This document shows positions 37,336 through 52,300 of a DNA stretch of 64,000 nt, piece by piece. Positions within the stretch are counted from its first letter, which is position 1; the number at the start of each line of letters is the position of its first letter. The translations under genes and the position numbers were made by a program. The DNA is from Ruditapes philippinarum (taxonomy: Eukaryota): assembly GCF_026571515.1 (NCBI RefSeq), contig NW_026857904.1, positions 1 through 64,000 of the forward strand, written 5' to 3'. The notes below the pieces were generated by a model. That model saw only the letters and a program-made list of their open reading frames with translations, had not been told where the DNA came from and did no database searches.

Positions 37336-40300
37336 TCATTTTGGCCTTTTGAAGCCTCCCTTAGCCTTCTTCTTGGCTGAACCTTTGGAATCCTCTGCCT
37401 ATAAATATAATTAATTCTGATTAACATTATGTCAAAGCCAGTGTAACAGACAGCCTGCTTACAGAGTTATATTCTTTTAGTTTATGCAAATTTATTTTCA
37501 TTTGATTGCGTTGGAAACTAAGTTTATTGAAACACTCTGGAATCCGTTCCTGGAACTAACCAATAACTGTAAAGTTTCTTGCCCAAGTTAGCAACGTCTT
37601 GCCCCTGATGGGGTTTGAACCCACACAATCCTTAGATGACTAGTCTGACCTGCCTTTAGCCAGGACATACATTCACCGTATTAACAGTAGAATAGATTCT
37701 TACATAATTCCAACAAGGTTTTTTTTACCTTTCGTTTAGGAGTTGTTGATGTCGTTGAAAGTACTTTAAAGAACCCGTCAAGTCTTCCTTGTGTACTGCC
37801 AGTACGGGCTTTAGACAGTTTCTTTAACCCATTACGTATTCTGTCCTCACTGTAATGTAAATGATACCAGATTTGGGTAAATCTCTGCAGGTTTTTTTTT
37901 TTCAGGTTTATTCCTTACATGTAAATACAGTCGAACTTCGTTCGCTCGAACTCGGAGAGCCTGTGCAAATTTGTTCGAGAGATCGGTAGTTCGAGCCAAT
38001 CGAGGTTGAACTATTATTACGTTGATCATATGCCTAAAGGTTTTCCTAGCTTACATCCTTTGAATGATAAATGCGTCAATATAATCATTTGTTAGTTTAT
38101 CTGTTCGTCCAATATTTCATACTCAGAATTATTATCCCAGTGTTTAAATTAAGTATTAACGGTACACTGTGTTTATCTATATTCAGGCATATTGTAATTG
38201 GTAGAGTTCGATTGGGCAATCACACCAAACTTGTTGAACAATGTATAAAATATATTTATATGTTTATAATGGGATGAATTTAATTAAAAAAAAAAATTAA
38301 TGAAATATTTATTAAAAACATTTACAGCATCATCTATTTGTAGTCATTTACTAAAATAAACACACATACAAGTATCATTCTATAAATAGATAACACTGTT
38401 ACGATTCACTTTACATGAACCACGGTTGTAATTAAAGCCGTCCGGGTAACGTCATTCTTTATTGGCATGCATATTTCACTTATTTCACAAGTTATTTTCT
38501 TTTTATCGTTACCATAAACGGCAAATCAACAATATTATCATACAAATAAATCGGTTACAACAACTCTTTTTGTATCTACCTTTGTCACGATCACGAGGTG
38601 TTAAAAACATGCGTCACCGACTGTCATTTATTTAGGACATACTGACTTGTCTTTTTGTGTTTGACCGAAAAGGTGTGATTTTCACTATATTTCTGCTGAA
38701 GAGACCAGAGATCAGGTTCGAGAGTTCGGTGTTCGAGCGATCCGAGGTAGAACAATATATATTATATAGGAATTTTGCGGGGACTGGGCGATGAGTTCGA
38801 GCGAAGGGAGGTATTCGTGCGATCCGAGTTCGAGCGAACGAAGTTTAACTGTAGGTCTTAATTCCTAAATACTTGCTAGTACCTAGTACCATAGATACTA
38901 TCAGGAATTAATTGATAAATTAAAACTGAATAAATTAATGCAAGTTTCGACTTGATCAAAATTGACATTGAGTCAATGAACATAATAAAGTATTTCAATT
39001 ATTATCTTCTACAAATGACATTTTCAATACCAGCAAATTTTCAATTTTATACTTAAATTTTTGCAGGAAATCTCATGAAATGAACACTTATTAGCTTAAA
39101 CTTAATGAAAGAATAGATTATCAAACAGAAGATTGTTTTTACGTAAGAGAACTACATGCAGTGATAACGCTTGTCTACTAAGGGCAAAGACTATCAATAA
39201 CCAATTTTTATAAATATTCCAAGTTAATAAAAGCTGTTGGTAAGACAACATGCTTGACTATTCTCAGTGCTTGATAGTAAAACAAGCCTGGATAATGTAG
39301 CATTTTCTTAATTTCAAAATTTCAGACTTATGGGCCTTGGACAGTGACCTAGTATGCTGTGTTTAAAGTTTCAACCCAACCCTTCAGTAGTTTTGTAGAC
39401 ACCAATTTGCAATGCTGATACTGTGATGGGTACAAAAGCTCTCCAATAGTTGATATAGAAATGGATATAAATCTTAAAATATATGGCTTTCAGGAATATG
39501 TCCATAGTATTAAAACTGTGCCTAGTCATGATAAGCGTTCCAAATTTTGTGTTGATACCTTTGTAAACGTTCGAGTAATGAGCTACATAAATGTTCTTGC
39601 AAGACAAAAACAACAAGGACAACAACTAGAACATAGCAATCATAATATCTCAATTTTTTTTCTTCAAAACAGAAATAACAAAGTGAAACATACTTGAATC
39701 CTTTCTTATTGACCATGTAATCTATAAGTTCTTCTTCTTTTGGCTCTGACCACTTCAGCTAAAAACATATTTTATAAATCATTATTACAACAAATATAAA
39801 ACCTATTAAAGTCATATAACTTCTAATCCAAATAAAGAAATGACATTCATCTTGTATTAATTATATATCATAAAAATATAAATTTCAATGTCCATTTAGA
39901 GTGTATCCCAGGATTGCTTAGCAGGGCAGTTTTTGTCACAATTGTGGAGGGAAAAAAATCAATAAAAAAAAAATCACAAAATTGTGCACAATTATAGAAG
40001 AATTTATTTTTATTATATTATTCTTTAATGAACTCCAAATTGAATATGTTTATTTGTTTGTTTGTTTAATTTGGTTTTACGTCACACCGACACATAATAG
40101 GTCATATGGCGATGTTCCAGCTTCACTGGTGGAGGAAGACCTCAGGTGCCCTTCTGCGTATATTATAAACTGAATATGTATGCTTCCTTTTGCTTTGGAT
40201 AATGGTAGAACTCAGTATTGGCTTGCTTAACAACAGATGCCTTACCCTGTCATAATTATGTAATAGACTAATCCTGCCTTGAATTCAGACCTGTCCATCC

Positions 40301-43300
40301 GGAAGTTATTCAGTGATTTTAGTAGCAATCAAACAATCAAAGTATTGAAGTTGTCCAAACATCAGTATATAGCCTGCTTTTAATGTACAGGTCTGTCATG
40401 ATCAACTCCAACTGCTCAACAGCTTCACCCATAATCTACTGCATTAGTGTAATTGACTAGTTCTGCTTTCAATTTGGAATAATCCATTTTTAATGTAAAG
40501 GTTTTGATAGACCAAATACAAATATAGAGCTACTATTATAGTCTGACCAGGCTCTATACTCTTAGACTAAATGTATAGAGTATGGTCAGACTGTACAGAT
40601 GTGCAGGCTGGCCTGACTCAATACTGGTTGTAAAGGGGCTGATAATTTTCGGTTCCAGGCAGGTTAAGGGTTAAACTGCATCCCCCCCCCCCCCAATCAA
40701 ATGGTCAGTACTTACCTCTACTTCCTCGGCTGTAGCAACTTCTGGATTTTTGAATAGTTCACGAGCTTCTTTGTACATCCAATTCTCAGGTATTGTGTAT
40801 TTCTGATAAAGGTTAAAAACAAAACATATTTATGTTAGAAAGAACATTCAAACTTTTATCAAAAGACTATCTTATGCAACATTATGTTAATTATTCAAAT
40901 CTTGGGCAATTAAGTTAAAAGGGGCATAACTTCAAAACTATTGATTTCAGAATTATGTCCCTTGTCTAACAACGCCCCCTTTGTTTTCACAAGCATTTCA
41001 AGTTTCATGCTAATACCTTTGAAATGTTACAATAATGGGCTACATCAAAGTTTTTGTACAGCAACTACGCTGCAGCAATCATAATAGTTCAACTTTTTCT
41101 TTGAAATGGACAAGCTGATAAGTATTTCTTAACAATATTTCTAAAATTATTTGTATTCTGCAATTATAGTAACCTTACTACTGTGCATCTGATATTTCTC
41201 AATACAGTGTAACTTCCGAATTCCGGAACTTCTGAAATCCGGAAACTTCTAAAAACCGAACAATTTTTTCGGTCCCGATTTTTTCCCTTCTATTTTCTAT
41301 TAATATAATACTTCTGAATTCCGGAACTTCTAAATTCTGAATTCCGGACGATATTTTCGTAAAATTAGAGTCAAATCAATGCAATTTTACCTCCGAAAAC
41401 CGGAAATATCCAAAGGTGTGAAATACATTGTAAATCGAGAATGTTTACCCTGCAGGAAGATTTAATCTCCCTATCGATTGTTTACTAATTAGCGGTGATC
41501 GTGTAATTTGACACGCGTTAAAATCACAAACTGTGAAATGGTATGTTTGAAGTGATGCGGTTAATCAAAGTAATTTACCGCGGTCAGTTAATTTGAAGTG
41601 TTTATTAGCGGATTAAATCACAATTAGTTGGGACAATGTATGCATCAAACGTCTATAGGGATTTTATTGCATTTGATGTAATAATTAATTAACTAGCATC
41701 GGACGATATGTAAGTTTATGCAATTATCAACATTTCTACAAACTGATAGAAATTCCAAAGCATTTTCAGGTGTAAGATAAAAATGTATTCTTTTCATTCA
41801 CATCTTTATCTTGATTAAAATACTATTATATATGATATTACAGTAATGGCCACATCTTCCTTGACATTTAGTGATATTAAGTGGTTTAGTCTTGTCCACA
41901 TTATCATAAACCTCTGAATTCCGGAAACCTCTGAAATCCGAACTTTTTGACAAGTCCCATGGGTGTTCGGTTTTCGGAAGTTACACTGTATAAAATTAAA
42001 TATAAGTTGTTTTTTTTTACCTTTAAACCTAGATCTTACATTATTTCATCGTTGGATTTATATTATTTAAATTGATCTATAACACCATATACAACAGTCT
42101 CTTACCTTCAGATCTATATTTTTCATTATTTCATCAATAGATTTATATTGTTTAATCAGATCTATAGCTCGCTTTGGTCCAATTCCACGTATAGACTCAC
42201 AGTAATCACAGCCCAGCAATATACACAGATCTATAAACTGTAATACAAACATGTTACATGTATTTCTCATCAATTTGTTTTGTTTGGTCTGAAGTCACAC
42301 AAACACAGGACATGACTGTCATGTGTAAACCTTCCAGCTTTACTGGTAGAGGAAAACCAAAGGCTCTTTGTGCGCTATTTCAGTCATAAGCAGGAAACAA
42401 CAGTAAAACCAACAACCATCTGTAAGGTAGCTTGATAACTTCTTTATATTGGTATATCTTAAAATGAGGAATATGTTTCAAATACAGGATATTTTATAGA
42501 TGACTTTCTAATTCAAAGTGTTTCATTGTTTATATATATCTGGCTTTTACTTCAATCATAAGCACATTTATTGTCATACCTTGGCAGGCAGTCCACCTTA
42601 CCAGTTTTTCTTGATAACAAACCAGTTATTACTAATTAATCAAAAATGACCATCCTAGCATTTGAAAAAAAATGTTAAAAAATCAATATGGAATAGTCCA
42701 CATTATATCTGATATTAAAACTGTATAGATGACAACTGATGATCAATATCCAAGTTTTACCTCGTCGTTAGACAATTCCAAACCCTGTAAGATTCTATCA
42801 TAGTGATACTCCTTTATTGGCATCTTCCTGGAAACAAAAAAAGAATAGATTATAAGAATCTTACACTGGATGCCAGTACAGACCGGAATATTTAGCTGAA
42901 GGGTAACTGTTTCCAGTGGTACAAGGCTCAGACGTCATTCAAAACACATGGGGGGTGTAAGACAGGTTTTTCTAGCACAGGTGTAAACAGTAGATAATCC
43001 TGTCTGATATGCAAGAAAACATCATTAATTAAATATGTTGTACAAATGAGTAGCAAATGTGACACACATTGGACTACTCTTAGGTGTTCAAGATCTACCT
43101 CCTTTATTTCATCCTTGTAAAAGCAATAACCAGTAGAAAATGATTCCTTTAACATCTTCACATGCCATAAACAAAAGAATTTGACCAGATTACGACTCAA
43201 AATTACTTTTGTGTTGACAGCAATACAGAGCCAGCTAGTAACATTTATATTTTGACTTTAAAGTTAAGTGTACTACCACTAAAATGTGAACAAGACTTTT

Positions 43301-46300
43301 CTATTTTTGACTTCTGTATATAGTTTTTCACCAGAGATGACCCATGTTCGAACTCATCCAAGCAAAACCTAGCACAAAGAAAAAGATGCTCAGTCTGCCT
43401 TTCAACATGTACTATACTATATTTTTTGAAAAACATAAAACAAGTTGAAAGTTACAACATGAATTTTAGGCGATAACTGAGCTTTTGCTAAAAATGTACA
43501 GGGAGGAACGAAGAACAATATCATTGACAGACAAAGTTCCCAGATATCCCTGTTTGTTTATTTCTCTAGGAAGACAGAATCTTAAAGAATTGCTACATCT
43601 TCAACAACCTTTCTAGTCTGGTCTTCCAATGCAAACATTCTGACAAATGTTTAAAGAATTTATCAAGGTCTTAGGAACTTAAGAAAATCATACAGGCTGT
43701 TTTTCTCAAAAATAATTTCTGCTTTTGAATTTTTTTTCCAATCTATGGTATTATCACCTTATCTGAAAAAACTTTATCGTAAAAAAAAAATTTTCATTAA
43801 AGACTAGCCTTTGAGAATTTCATTAGTTTAAATCATTTTCCAATCCAGTTCCTATACTATTAAACCAGTACAAGTGTCATAATTATGAAGCTCAAACCCT
43901 TGCTCCCTTTACTGAGAGGGAGAATCATTTATCACTAGGTGTCAATTCTCTATAAGAAAATTCAAAGTGTAGTCTTCCAATTTTATAAAGATATTACATA
44001 CTTCAAAGTAAATTAGAAGACACTTTCTTCTACCTGATGTTTTTTGTAACGTTCTCAATACAAAAGAAAGTCACTCGTTTCTTTCAGGTTAAATTGTTCT
44101 ATCTAGAAAATGCTGTCAGTGACAACAACCAGTGTTAGATTTTTTTTATATAATATTTTTACTTATCACATTAACATGTCGATTTTGTGACTCTGTAAAA
44201 ATCGTATTGCATGGCCGTGTATATATTTTGCAGTGACATCATTTAGGTTATACACCAATAGTGTGTAAAGACATGCTACATTTGTGTAAATGTTAAACAA
44301 GATGAAAAGTTACAACATGAAATGTAGCTGATAACTGAGCTAAAAATGTACAGGGAGGAACGAAGAACAATATCATTGACAGACAAAATTCCCAGATATC
44401 CCTGTTTGTTTATTTCTCTAGGAAGACAGAATCTTAAAGAATTGCTACATCTTCAACAACCTTTCTAGTCTGGTCTTCCAATGCAAAAATTCAGATAAAT
44501 GTTTACATCAAAAAATGTATTATGGAATAGTCTTAGGAACTTAAGAAAAACATACAGGCTGTTTTAAAATTTATTATGGGATAGTTTCAGGAACTTAACA
44601 AAAACATACACGCTGTTTTTCTCAACTAACCAGTACAAGTGTCATATGAGGATCAAACCCTTGCTCCCTTTACTGAGAGGCAGAAACATTTATCACTATG
44701 TGACAACTCTCTATTAGAAAATGCATGGTGTAGTCTTCAATTTTATAAAGATATTACATACTTCAAAGTAAATTAGAAGACACTTTTTTCTACCTGATGT
44801 GTTTTGTAACGTTCTCAATACAAAAGAAAGTCACTCGTTTCGCTCAGGTTAATGGGCCTATATAGAAAATGCTGTCAGTGACATAAACCAGTGTTGGATT
44901 TTTTGCTTGTATATTACATACAAGGGGCCATTGGCGCTCACCTGAAGACAGTCATTTGTGTAAGGGCCAATTTTGACACTAGCAGCAAACTTTGAACGAC
45001 TTTGGTAAAAGAATTTATAGATGATATTATACCTAAATATCAAAGCTCTAAAAAGTTGTGCTCAGGTGAGCTAAAAAGATGACTACTGTGTATACAAGTG
45101 ATGGTTATATTAATTTCTTTACCTTGCTTCACTGAATGTGAGATGTCTTAGGACAACATCAGAACCAAAAGTCAGGGAGTCCATATCCTCTGTACCTGTT
45201 GCCCACACCTTGCCAGCCTTTACCAGAGCAGCACATTGAGCTTCAGCCTCACAGGGAGCCTGCAAACAACAATCATATCACATTATTACATGTATACAAA
45301 ATCTACATACATTAGATTATATAATTCTAGGTTCATTGTGATAATCATCTCCGGATACCTACAGTTGATTAACAAGACATCTAACCGTGGGTAAAATGAA
45401 TCAATTTGCATCAATATAAAGCAACAGGTGCGTAAAATATTGACCAATAAAATTGCTTTTAATAAAATGTATGTTCTTAAATGGTGGAGGTAAAAACTAT
45501 CAGTAACAGTAATTTTTGTTTTTGCTGGATATCGTTCATATTTTTCATATTGAACTTTTCACAGCTGAATTTATTTGGTAACCGCAATTTTGTCTGTTAT
45601 TAGTAATTTTTGTTTTTGCTGGAATTTGTTCACTTTTTTAATATTGAACTTTTCACAGCTGAATTCAGTTTATTATCGCAATGTTGTATAGAACGAGCAT
45701 TTTGATTGGTTTTAATCACCTCATGAAATCAAGAGGCAACCAATGAAATAATTGCATTTGACACACCTCTAATCAACTGGACAAAAATCCCACAGCTGAT
45801 AATTGTTAATGGTTCGGCCCTGGGTATCAGACGATGTGTGATAATACAATACAATGCTTTTTATATTTCTCTCAAGACATGCTCAGTAATTTGAAGGGGC
45901 TTTACTTAGCAGTGAATAATTTGAGGCTTATCTGCCATTTTGAAATGGGGTAAACATGTTTACCAAGTATGAAGTGAATAGCTAAAACATAACTTACATC
46001 TACATAGGGGATGCCCATCAACTTGAGGAGTTCCTTACACTCTTCATTATGTTGTTTTGTTACCTTCACAAGTCTTCTGTTAAATTTCTCAATATTCTCA
46101 GCATCACCTGTTACCATTAACAATATCTTTTCATAGATGAAACATAGTAACAGCTAAACTAATCTGAACTTTAAAGACATCTTAGAGACTTTATGCAAAT
46201 ATGTAAGGAAGCATTGTGGAGAATCTTTTAAACAACAAATAATACCCTCATCTTTTCCTATAAGAATGAAGATGCTAAAGGATTTCTAAACTTTACCATA

Positions 46301-49300
46301 AGTTGCTAGCTAGCTATCCAGCTACATGTAGCTTACAGAAGATCGATGGTCATACTAAGTATCTAACTTATGCCTGAAATAATGCATGGATGGGCTCCAC
46401 CAATACAGTTGGAAAATCATCGTTGGACCATTACAGTGCCAGTGTGACTTAAAATCCAACAAACAATCAATCAATGATTTACAAATCTGAAGCTGACAAA
46501 TGAGTCTGTACGTGAAATGAAAACTAAACCACAACACAAATTCAGAGTCAAGTTAAAAAGTTAACATAAAGAGGTATCTACCTGCTTCTTCAGCCTTCTC
46601 TAAAGCTTTCTGTGCCTCATCACGTCTTTCCTTTCTCTTTTCAAGCTGTAAATTATACATCATACTTTTTAATACTTTTACTTAAGATATTAAAACTTTT
46701 AAAGTTGTAAGTCTGAAATTAAATGGTTAACAATGCAATCAAGGCACAAATTATTATAAAGACCTGAAAATGTTCTTTTTCTTCTTTTTTTCAATTATAC
46801 AGCTTTAAAACCAACATTTCATTTCAAAAATACTTGTTTATTCCAAAAGCAATTCATTATCAAGGCTTGAACACACCTTGTACAGTGTTTATGTCTTAAC
46901 TTTGAATCTGATCATGTCTTGTAGTTAAGTAGGGTTCTTTTTAACAAGGGCTACCATTACTGTAAGTTTAAAATTTTATCCTTAACTCTGCTTAATTCAG
47001 AAACTCAATAGATCAAATATGTCATCAAGTTTACACTGGTTCTTCCATATTGTATGAATTGAAATCAAATGCAAGGAGCTTGGTTTAAACATATTTCTTT
47101 AAGCTAAATTGCGAAATAAGTTCTTGCAACTTATATTAATCGCTTTCGAGTCTGCTTCCTGCAACCAACCAGTACTACTGGTGTCATTAAAGAAACATGG
47201 CTGTGACCCGATTAGGGCTTGAACCAATGATCATCGGGTTGACAGGCAGACACCTTTACCACTAGGGCACTGCTCCCCTGTGAGTGAGTACAGGTATTAC
47301 GATATGCATTATTGCAAGGAGCTTAAGTAAGTCAATAACTGTGTCTGACTTTGAACTCCACCAAAAATGTCAAACATTTTGGCATACCTTTTACCCAAAA
47401 CAATGAAATGACAGGAAATATTAATGGGATAAAACAAGATTGCATTTGAGAAAAATGCTATGCCACCGCATTAATACAACACTAAATAGTAGTGTAGGAA
47501 CAGTTTTTTTTGTTTCTATACAATTAAAGATTGTCATAATGCATATCTAATTCTTATTATCAGACTAGTGGTTAAATCTACTGTTAACTCAATAAAAGAT
47601 CAGAGTAGGAATATTTCAATGCACTCGAGTCTAGTGAATTTGGTGGTGAAGGTCATATTTCACACAGCCTAAAATTTCATGACTGCATCAAAGGACAACA
47701 TGTAATACACTTTGTCAAAATCTAGGTCAGCTGATATCAAAGTTCACTTTTAATTTTGACACTGGAGGCAAAATTTGAACAACTTTGGTTGAGTACCTAT
47801 AAATGATATCATTTAACAAATATTAAAGCCTTAAGCCTTGTACCTTCAGACAATAAGATTTTTTTGAATTTTTTCTATTTGTATATATTGAAAATCAATG
47901 ACCCCAGGGCTATTATTTGAACATTCTTGCTAGAGGTTCATTTCACAATGTTTCATGCAAAGTATCTAACCTCTAGCCAATGTCAATTGCTAGAAGAAAT
48001 GTTTTTAAAGTTTTTACTATAAGTTTTTACTATAAGTTTTTACTATGTAAATATGAGGAAAATATGTACATATAGTGAAAATCCATGACCCCCGGGGCAG
48101 GGCCGATTTTGACCCCAGGGCTATAATTTGAACAATATTGGTAGAGGTCTACCAGACAATGCCTTATGCAAAATATCTAAGCTCTAGGCCTTTTGGGTCT
48201 TTACAAAAAGGTGTTTTAAGTTTTTACTATATGTACATATAGTGAAAATCCATGACCCCCGGGGCGGGGCCGATTTTAACCCCAGGGCTATAATTTGAAC
48301 AATATTGGTAGAGGTCTTCCAGACAATGCCTTATGCAAAATATCCAAGCTCTAGGCCTTTTGGGTCTTTACAAAAAGGTATTTTAAGTTTTTACTATATG
48401 TACATATAGTGAAAATCAATGACCCCTGGGGCGGGGCCGATTTTGACCCCAGGGCTATAATTTGAATAATCTTGGTAGAGGTCTACCATACAATGCCTTA
48501 TGCAAAATATCTAAGCTCTAGGCCTTTTGGGTCTTTACAAGAAGATTTTCTAAATTTATTCTTATAATTCCTTTTGGTTGCCATGGCAACCAGATTTCTG
48601 CATGGAATAAAATTCTTTGAACAACTTTGGAAGCCCTTCACCCAAGGATCAATCCTGCCAAGTTTGGTTGAAATTGGACAAGTGGTTTTTTACAAGAAGA
48701 TTTTTTAAGTTCACTATATAATCTATATAACACACACACACACAAACAAACAAACAAACAAACACACACACACACGCACACACAGGTGAATCGCTATATG
48801 CCACCGCATCGCAGATGCTGCGGTGGCATAAAAACAACATATATATATTTTTATGAACTGATATCTTACCTCACCAGACTTCATTTCTGGTGGTTTACCA
48901 TCAAATACATACACAGGTTTGATACCATTCTCTACCATACGAATTGTACGATAAAACATTCCCATTAAATGACTGAAATAGAATTAAAAGAAAAATTAGT
49001 TCAATAGAATTCCTCAGTTCCCGTTGCAAGATTAAATATGTGGTGCTTTGGTACCATTAGTATGCAAATGGCTTAAAAAAATTAAAATAAGGTCTGAAAC
49101 ATCTAGTTTTTTAACATGTTAATTTGTTTTACAATCATTATTCCTAAACTTATATATTAGTGATAATTTCAAAATGTATTGTGGACTCACTAGAAAGAAA
49201 AATCTTAAAAAATTGGAATATACACTAACACTCAGAATGTTACCTAACCTTGCAAATTGACTATTTAAAACTATTACTACATTATTAAAAAGAAATCTTT

Positions 49301-52300
49301 TTAAAACAATACAACACTTTACCCTGGTTTACCCACTGTTATGCATTAATCACTAATCAGATACAGTCTAACTTGCCCATGCGACCACGTGTATTAAGCG
49401 ACTTTTGTCTTAAACGACCACTTTAAATCCCTCCCGATCATTTTCTCTCTATATCTTTAATGTATTAAGCGACTTTTGCTCAACGCGACCAGCGACCGCC
49501 AATTAGTCACATAATTGAGATCAGTCTTTTCATTAAACGACCACTTTTACCTGTCAAGTAATTGTGTTTTTAGAGAACGCCGCATCGTAATGTCAGAAGT
49601 GTCAACAATCAAAACACAACAAATAAATGTGTGAAAAACTCTATTTCCCAAACCGTTTTAGCGTAGGTGCAAAAGAAGTAATGTATACCCGTGACGTGTA
49701 TTATCCAATAAAATCGGATAAACAATGCAACGCTCCGCTCCTACTTAGATGGTGTATACGCTTCGCTTGCTGACATTTAGACTGCATTGAATTGACCTTG
49801 AACTTGATCAGCTATTAAATTAATCGTAACAATTAGATGTAGTTTGTTTATTTCAAATAAAAAAATGCACAACAGAAAGCATTTTCACTAATAGGGTTTA
49901 CGTGTTGGAGACAAAGATTAACAACGGATAAGTTAAAAAAATTCTTGAAAAATGTCAAACATGTACATAATGGATCAAAACTGTTTTGTCAATAAGTATC
50001 AGAAAGTAATTTTTTGCATAAGCATCCGTTTAGATTATCGGAGCTTACTAATTATTCAACATTTATATAAATGAAGTTGAAAAACATTCCCACCGCAAAA
50101 GAAAGATGTCATTTTATGATTCATAAATTTTGACTTTTACTTAAGAGACCGTTTCATTAAGCGACCGTTTTGGGTGTTTCCCTTGCGCGGTCGCTTAATA
50201 CAAGTTTGACTGTATATCACTCTGTCTGGTCATTTGGTCTAGTACACTAGATGTGCAAAAGTGTGGGAACTAAGATAATTAATCACCAATAAAATGTTTT
50301 ACAATATACATGTACAGTCTATGCGAAAGTCAATTTTTTTTTCAGGCCACAAGGACCGAGACCCAAAGGTTTATTTCCGGCCCGGATGATATTTTTCCGG
50401 CCCAGACATTTCAAGCATTATTTTATATAAACACGATTGAATGCAAAAATGATAGTCTTTCTTTAAATTAGTGAGACCATCCATATAGAAACATAAGAAG
50501 ATCCTGACCAATTGAAATAACTTAATAATAATTAAGCAGGGTGCTCACTAGGATTTTGAAAGGAGGAGTCCTTGGACTCCCAAGCACAGAAAAGTAGGAG
50601 CACAGAGCACTTTGAATATGTTTAGCTATCTCTACTGCACTTATGCAGTTGACAAATATGATGTATATTAGTGGAGTAAGCTAGGTTTTGAAAAGTTGGA
50701 GTTTGAACAGAGAAAAAGCTTATTCAGGAAAATGGTAGTATGTCCCAAATGGAATACACTGTACTGTAAAAGTGATTGAAAAGATTTGAAATATAATTTC
50801 AAAAACCCTACATCATTAGACCATTATGCTGTTTTCTTCCAGATTCACTCCACACAGCTAATGCACACAGCCCCCTCCCATAAGAAAATATTCATTGTAT
50901 GTGACAAACACATACTGGTTAAATACCTCCATCTCAACTAATGTGAACAATATCTTTAGTAATTTTAATTCTTAAACTACATTTAAGTGTTATTATACAC
51001 ATTTAAACAAAACAAAGTTTCCTTTTGGTTACGATTTTTTTAATTATAAAAAGCGGCATCGCGAAAATATGTGACAATTGAAAATTTGTCTGTTTCCTGC
51101 AGAAACATTCACAATTCTACTTGTTGTTGATTTTGATTATATTAGATTAAATATTTTTTGATTATTTTAAGATTTTTAAACTATGTTTAAACTAACAAGC
51201 ATCATAAAACAAAATTTTCAAATCTGTAATTTACGGCAAAATTTACCGTTGTTGATGAAACTTTTTGAAGACAGAGTTGACTGGTATTTATTTGACATGT
51301 ACAAAGGTTGGTCAATATCTTCTTTAATAAATTCTTTGCATCACCGGGAACTTATCAATCAGGTCATTGATATTTTTCACATTTGAAATTTTATTCGGAC
51401 ATGAGGACTGACGGAAAGGAATTTTTCTCGGACCGCACGAGTTTTATTCAGCCAGGACCGAGGACCGACGGACTTTCGCACAGACTGCATGTATCACAAT
51501 GCATTTCATGATAAATTTTTTGTTAGGTCTGAAAAGAATATGAAAAGCATAAAACAAAAGTGCAGAGACAAAGAATATGACCGCAAACACATTTGTGTGT
51601 TTAAAGATAAGTGTTGGTTCCTAAGACAATAATTTGGACAAACTTTATTGTCATGTTTGCAGTTTGAACTTCCTGCAAACCGCGAAAACGATCTTGGCTT
51701 TTATGTAGGGAAATCATTAACAAGAAAGGACACTCTGATGCATCAAATGTCGTCCAAACATGTCATTTGTGTCCAAATACAAGCAAAACCCTAGTACACA
51801 AGGTTAAACAAGCCATTGTATTACAAGCCTGATTTTTTTATTGTTTATTTGGGCAAGTTAACTTGAGCTGCGGACAAGATGAAATTTTAGTCCAACTTGT
51901 CCCTGGGCATGTGGAAAAAAATTAAAAATTCCACACCATAGTATACCTTGTGGTTTCTCCATCTTCATTTGTGAGCTGGCTGCCATCTTGTCTTACGGCA
52001 ATAAGAAACTGGTAAATACACATAGAAGCATCTACTGCCACTTTTCTGCCTGAAATCAAAGAAAAATTCTTAACTTCACTATTTTTTGTAAGCTTTAAAA
52101 CAAATGTAGATAAGTTAGTCTTTTTTTCCCCACTATTTTTTTTTTCTTTTTGTGTTCAAACAATTCTATTAAACATAGATTTTGTGAGCAATAAATTCAA
52201 ATACTTTAATTGATTGTTATTTTTTAACTTAAAACATTCTTTACAGATATTCATATATTTCTTTTTATATGTAAATAAAAGAATAAAAAGAATTTACTTA

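Larger units (their letters stand above)
43438..44905. repeat. Tandem duplication of a ~0.6-0.7 kb intronic segment carrying both snoRNAs
   Basis: ~43438-44140 aligns with ~44295-44905; spacers are visibly more diverged than the snoRNA blocks. Confidence 0.85.

Noticed and set aside
42857-43030. Possible C/D snoRNA (ATGATGT...CTGA) or 8-bp terminal stem on the minus strand of FEN1 intron 6
   Set aside because: Imperfect C box, no recognisable rRNA antisense element, no second copy to support it, and the segment looks like a dispersed repeat fragment.
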